Assembly (NCBI GenBank): GCA_050184225.1
Contig: JBFXAN010000006.1
Span: 1,640-65,639, forward strand
DNA: 64,000 nucleotides
Reading direction: 5' to 3'
DNA from: Dehalococcoidia bacterium
Lineage (GTDB): Bacteria; Chloroflexota; Dehalococcoidia; CAUJGQ01
The notes beneath the pieces were generated by a model that saw only the letters and a list, made by a program, of their open reading frames with translations, had not been told where the DNA came from and ran no database searches. A program made the position numbers and the translations under genes. Below are positions 61,837-64,000 of this stretch, piece by piece. The stretch's first letter is position 1, and every line of letters begins with the position of its first letter.

Positions 61837-62796
61837 GTGTTTCGAGCGCTGGTGATCGGCGTGATCGCATTCTTTGTCTCGATGGCTATCGGCCGTCCCA
61901 CCGTGGCGTACCTGCGCCGCCGCAAGATCGGCAAGGCGATCTCGGAATACGCCCTCGAAACGCACAACATCAAGGCGGGCACGCCGACGATGGGCGGCAT
62001 CCTGATCTTCACCACCGTCCTGATCGTCACTGCCCCCTTCAACCTGCAGGAGCGGCTCTCCATCCTGCTCCCCTTCGGCGTGATCGCGATCATGGGCGTG
62101 CTCGGCTGGATCGACGACCTCGGCACGCTCGAGGGCCGCGCCCAGCGCGGCCTCTCCTGGCGCGTCAAGATGCTCGCCCTCCTCATCATCGGCCTCGCCA
62201 CCGGACTGATCCTCTGGCAGCCGCTCGACATTCACGGCGTCGCGATCCCCTTCAGCGGCTTCTATGACATCGGCATCTGGATCATCCCCGTGTCGGTGAT
62301 CGTCGTCTTCATCACCTCGGTCGGCGTCGCCGTCACCGACGGCCTCGATATGCTCTCCGGCACGACGACCGCGACCGCCTTCGCCGCCTACGGCGTGATC
62401 GCGGCCTTCCAGGGGCAGCCCTTCCTCGGCGCCTTCTGCTACACGGTCGTCGGCGCGGTGATGGGCTTTCTCTGGTACAACGCCTATCCCGCCCGCATCT
62501 TCATGGGTGATACGGGCGCATTGCCGCTCGGCTCCGCCCTGGCCGTCGTCGCCTTGATGACCGAGCAGTGGCTGATCCTGCCGCTGATCGGCGTCACCTT
62601 CTTCGTCAACGTTGCCGCCGACGTGATCCAGGTCGGCTACTACAAGCTCAGCGGCGGAAAGCGTATCTTCAAACGTGCCCCTCTCCACGAACACTTCGAG
62701 GCGTCCGGCATGCACGAGACGCAGGTCACGATCCGGTTCTGGCTGATCAGCATGGTCGGCGCCATGCTCGGCGTCGGCCTCGCGATCAAGGTGTGA
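61837..62796 (+). CDS. mraY: Phospho-N-acetylmuramoyl-pentapeptide transferase
   Basis: GTPTMGGILIF, DDL, VTDGLDML, PARIFMGDTGALPLG, APLHHHFE-like APLHEHFE. Confidence 0.95.
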   Translation: MFRALVIGVIAFFVSMAIGRPTVAYLRRRKIGKAISEYALETHNIKAGTPTMGGILIFTTVLIVTAPFNLQERLSILLPFGVIAIMGVLGWIDDLGTLEGRAQRGLSWRVKMLALLIIGLATGLILWQPLDIHGVAIPFSGFYDIGIWIIPVSVIVVFITSVGVAVTDGLDMLSGTTTATAFAAYGVIAAFQGQPFLGAFCYTVVGAVMGFLWYNAYPARIFMGDTGALPLGSALAVVALMTEQWLILPLIGVTFFVNVAADVIQVGYYKLSGGKRIFKRAPLHEHFEASGMHETQVTIRFWLISMVGAMLGVGLAIKV

Positions 62797-62802
62797 TGAT
62801 GA

Positions 62803-62892
62803 GGCAATGGGCAATGGGCAATGGGCAATGGGGAACCCGAGAGCAGGAATCGGCAGAGCGGCCGATTGCCGATTGCCCATTGCCCATTGCCG
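62803..62892. repeat. Heptamer-repeat hairpin: (GGGCAAT)x4 and (ATTGCCS)x4 arms, 28-nt loop
   Basis: GGCAATGGGCAATGGGCAATGGGCAATGGGG ... CCGATTGCCGATTGCCCATTGCCCATTGCC. Confidence 0.85.
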
Positions 62893-64000
62893 GTTCCCGC
62901 GTCCTCGTCATCGGCCTCGGCATCGAGGGCGTCGCGCTCACCCGTTTCCTGGCGGGACAGGGCGCGCGCGTGACCGTGAACGATGCCCGCTCATCTGACC
63001 AGCTCACCGCACGCCTGGCCGAGTTGGACGGCGTCCGTTTCACGCCCGCCTTCGGACATCACAACCCGGCGCTGGTGAAGGACATCGACGCGGTCTATGT
63101 CTCCCAGGGCGTGCCCTTGTCCCTGCCACTGATCGGCGAAGCGCGTCGGCGTGGCGTCCCGGTCGGCTCGATCGCCACCTTGCTTTTCGAGATCTGCCCT
63201 GGATCGATCACCGGCATCACCGGCAGCGCCGGCAAGACGACGACCACCTCACTCGTCAACGCGATCCTCGAGCGGAGCGGCCGCCCGCACATCCTCGCGG
63301 GAAACATCGGCGCCTGGCCGCTCGATGCGCTCGCCGCCGCAACGCCGGACACGTTCGTCGTCGCCGAGATCAGCCACACCCAACTGCAATTGACGAAGCG
63401 CAGCCCGCACGTCGCCTGTATCACCAACGTCACGCCCAACCATCTCGACCAATTCTCGTGGTCCGAGTACGTGGATCTGAAACGCAACCTCATCCGGTAT
63501 CAGACGCCCCGCGATGTCGCCGTTCTCAACCTGGACAACCCCGAGACGCGCGGGTTCCTCCGTGATACCTCTGCCGAACTGCTCTGGTTTAGCCTGGGAT
63601 CAGACCTCCCCGGCGACGGCGCCTACGTTCGCGATGGCATGATCGTCTGGCGGCACAACGGCGAGGAAGTCCAGGTTATTCGAAGCGATGAATCGCGGCT
63701 CCGCGGGCGGCACAACGTCGAGAACGTGCTCGCCGCCATCGCCGTGGCCGGCGCCTGCGGCATACCCATGACCATCGCCGGCGAGGCGGTGCGTGCGTTC
63801 CGCGGCGTGCCGCACCGGCTGGAGCCGGTGGCGACGCTGCACGGTATCACCTTCGTCAACGACAGCATCGCCACCGCCCCGGAGCGCACCCTCGCCGGCA
63901 TGCGCTCGTTCGACGAACCGATCGTGCTCCTGCTCGGCGGCCGCGACAAGAACCTGCCACTGGACGAGCTCGCCGCCGAGTGCGGCCGGCGTTGCCGCGC
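62880..64000 (+). CDS. murD: UDP-N-acetylmuramoylalanine--D-glutamate ligase (partial, 3' end beyond the window)
   Basis: Manual translation: (L/M)PIAGSRVLVIGLGIEGVALTRFLAGQGARVTVND.. and GITGSAGKTTTTSLV. The frame is open back to ATG 62796 (ATGA overlap with the mraY stop), so the start is ambiguous between 62796 and TTG 62880. Confidence 0.85.
   Translation, partial: MPIAGSRVLVIGLGIEGVALTRFLAGQGARVTVNDARSSDQLTARLAELDGVRFTPAFGHHNPALVKDIDAVYVSQGVPLSLPLIGEARRRGVPVGSIATLLFEICPGSITGITGSAGKTTTTSLVNAILERSGRPHILAGNIGAWPLDALAAATPDTFVVAEISHTQLQLTKRSPHVACITNVTPNHLDQFSWSEYVDLKRNLIRYQTPRDVAVLNLDNPETRGFLRDTSAELLWFSLGSDLPGDGAYVRDGMIVWRHNGEEVQVIRSDESRLRGRHNVENVLAAIAVAGACGIPMTIAGEAVRAFRGVPHRLEPVATLHGITFVNDSIATAPERTLAGMRSFDEPIVLLLGGRDKNLPLDELAAECGRRCR

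Overview
High-GC (roughly 65-68% by eye) bacterial chromosomal segment that is mostly housekeeping. A Chloroflexota/Thermomicrobia-like origin is a guess from gene content, not verified.

Core genes:
- dnaE (partial), pgk, leuS behind a T-box leader, coaD, rsmD, greA, lysS.
- A dnaJ-hspR-clpB heat-shock operon.
- priA, rplS, trmD, mog.
- A dcw cluster rsmH-ftsL-ftsI-murF-mraY-murD (partial).
- One tRNA-Ala(GGC).

Accessory content:
- Three ECF sigma modules and two HtrA proteases.
- Several type II toxin-antitoxin-like modules: vapBC, two tandem DUF433/DUF5615 pairs, and a ParE-like pair. Several of these are visibly decayed.
- Assorted oxidoreductases, hydrolases and transporters.

I found no CRISPR array, no intact transposase or integrase, and no recognisable defence or secretion system.

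The most unusual property is a dense population of G/C-rich palindromic MITE/REP-like elements: at least 4 families at about 18 loci.
- They fill many intergenic spacers almost exactly.
- They contribute stop codons and C-terminal tails to flanking genes.
- Two copies are read through in frame inside the essential genes leuS and priA.

Other points worth a second look:
- A duplicated clpB 3' end brackets a toxin-antitoxin mosaic.
- Two genes carry in-frame TAG codons.
- A 7-N7-7 palindrome overlaps the predicted heat-shock promoter.
- Heptamer tandem-repeat hairpins sit at three gene junctions.

Many long ORFs in the supplied track are antisense shadow ORFs of real genes and were not called.
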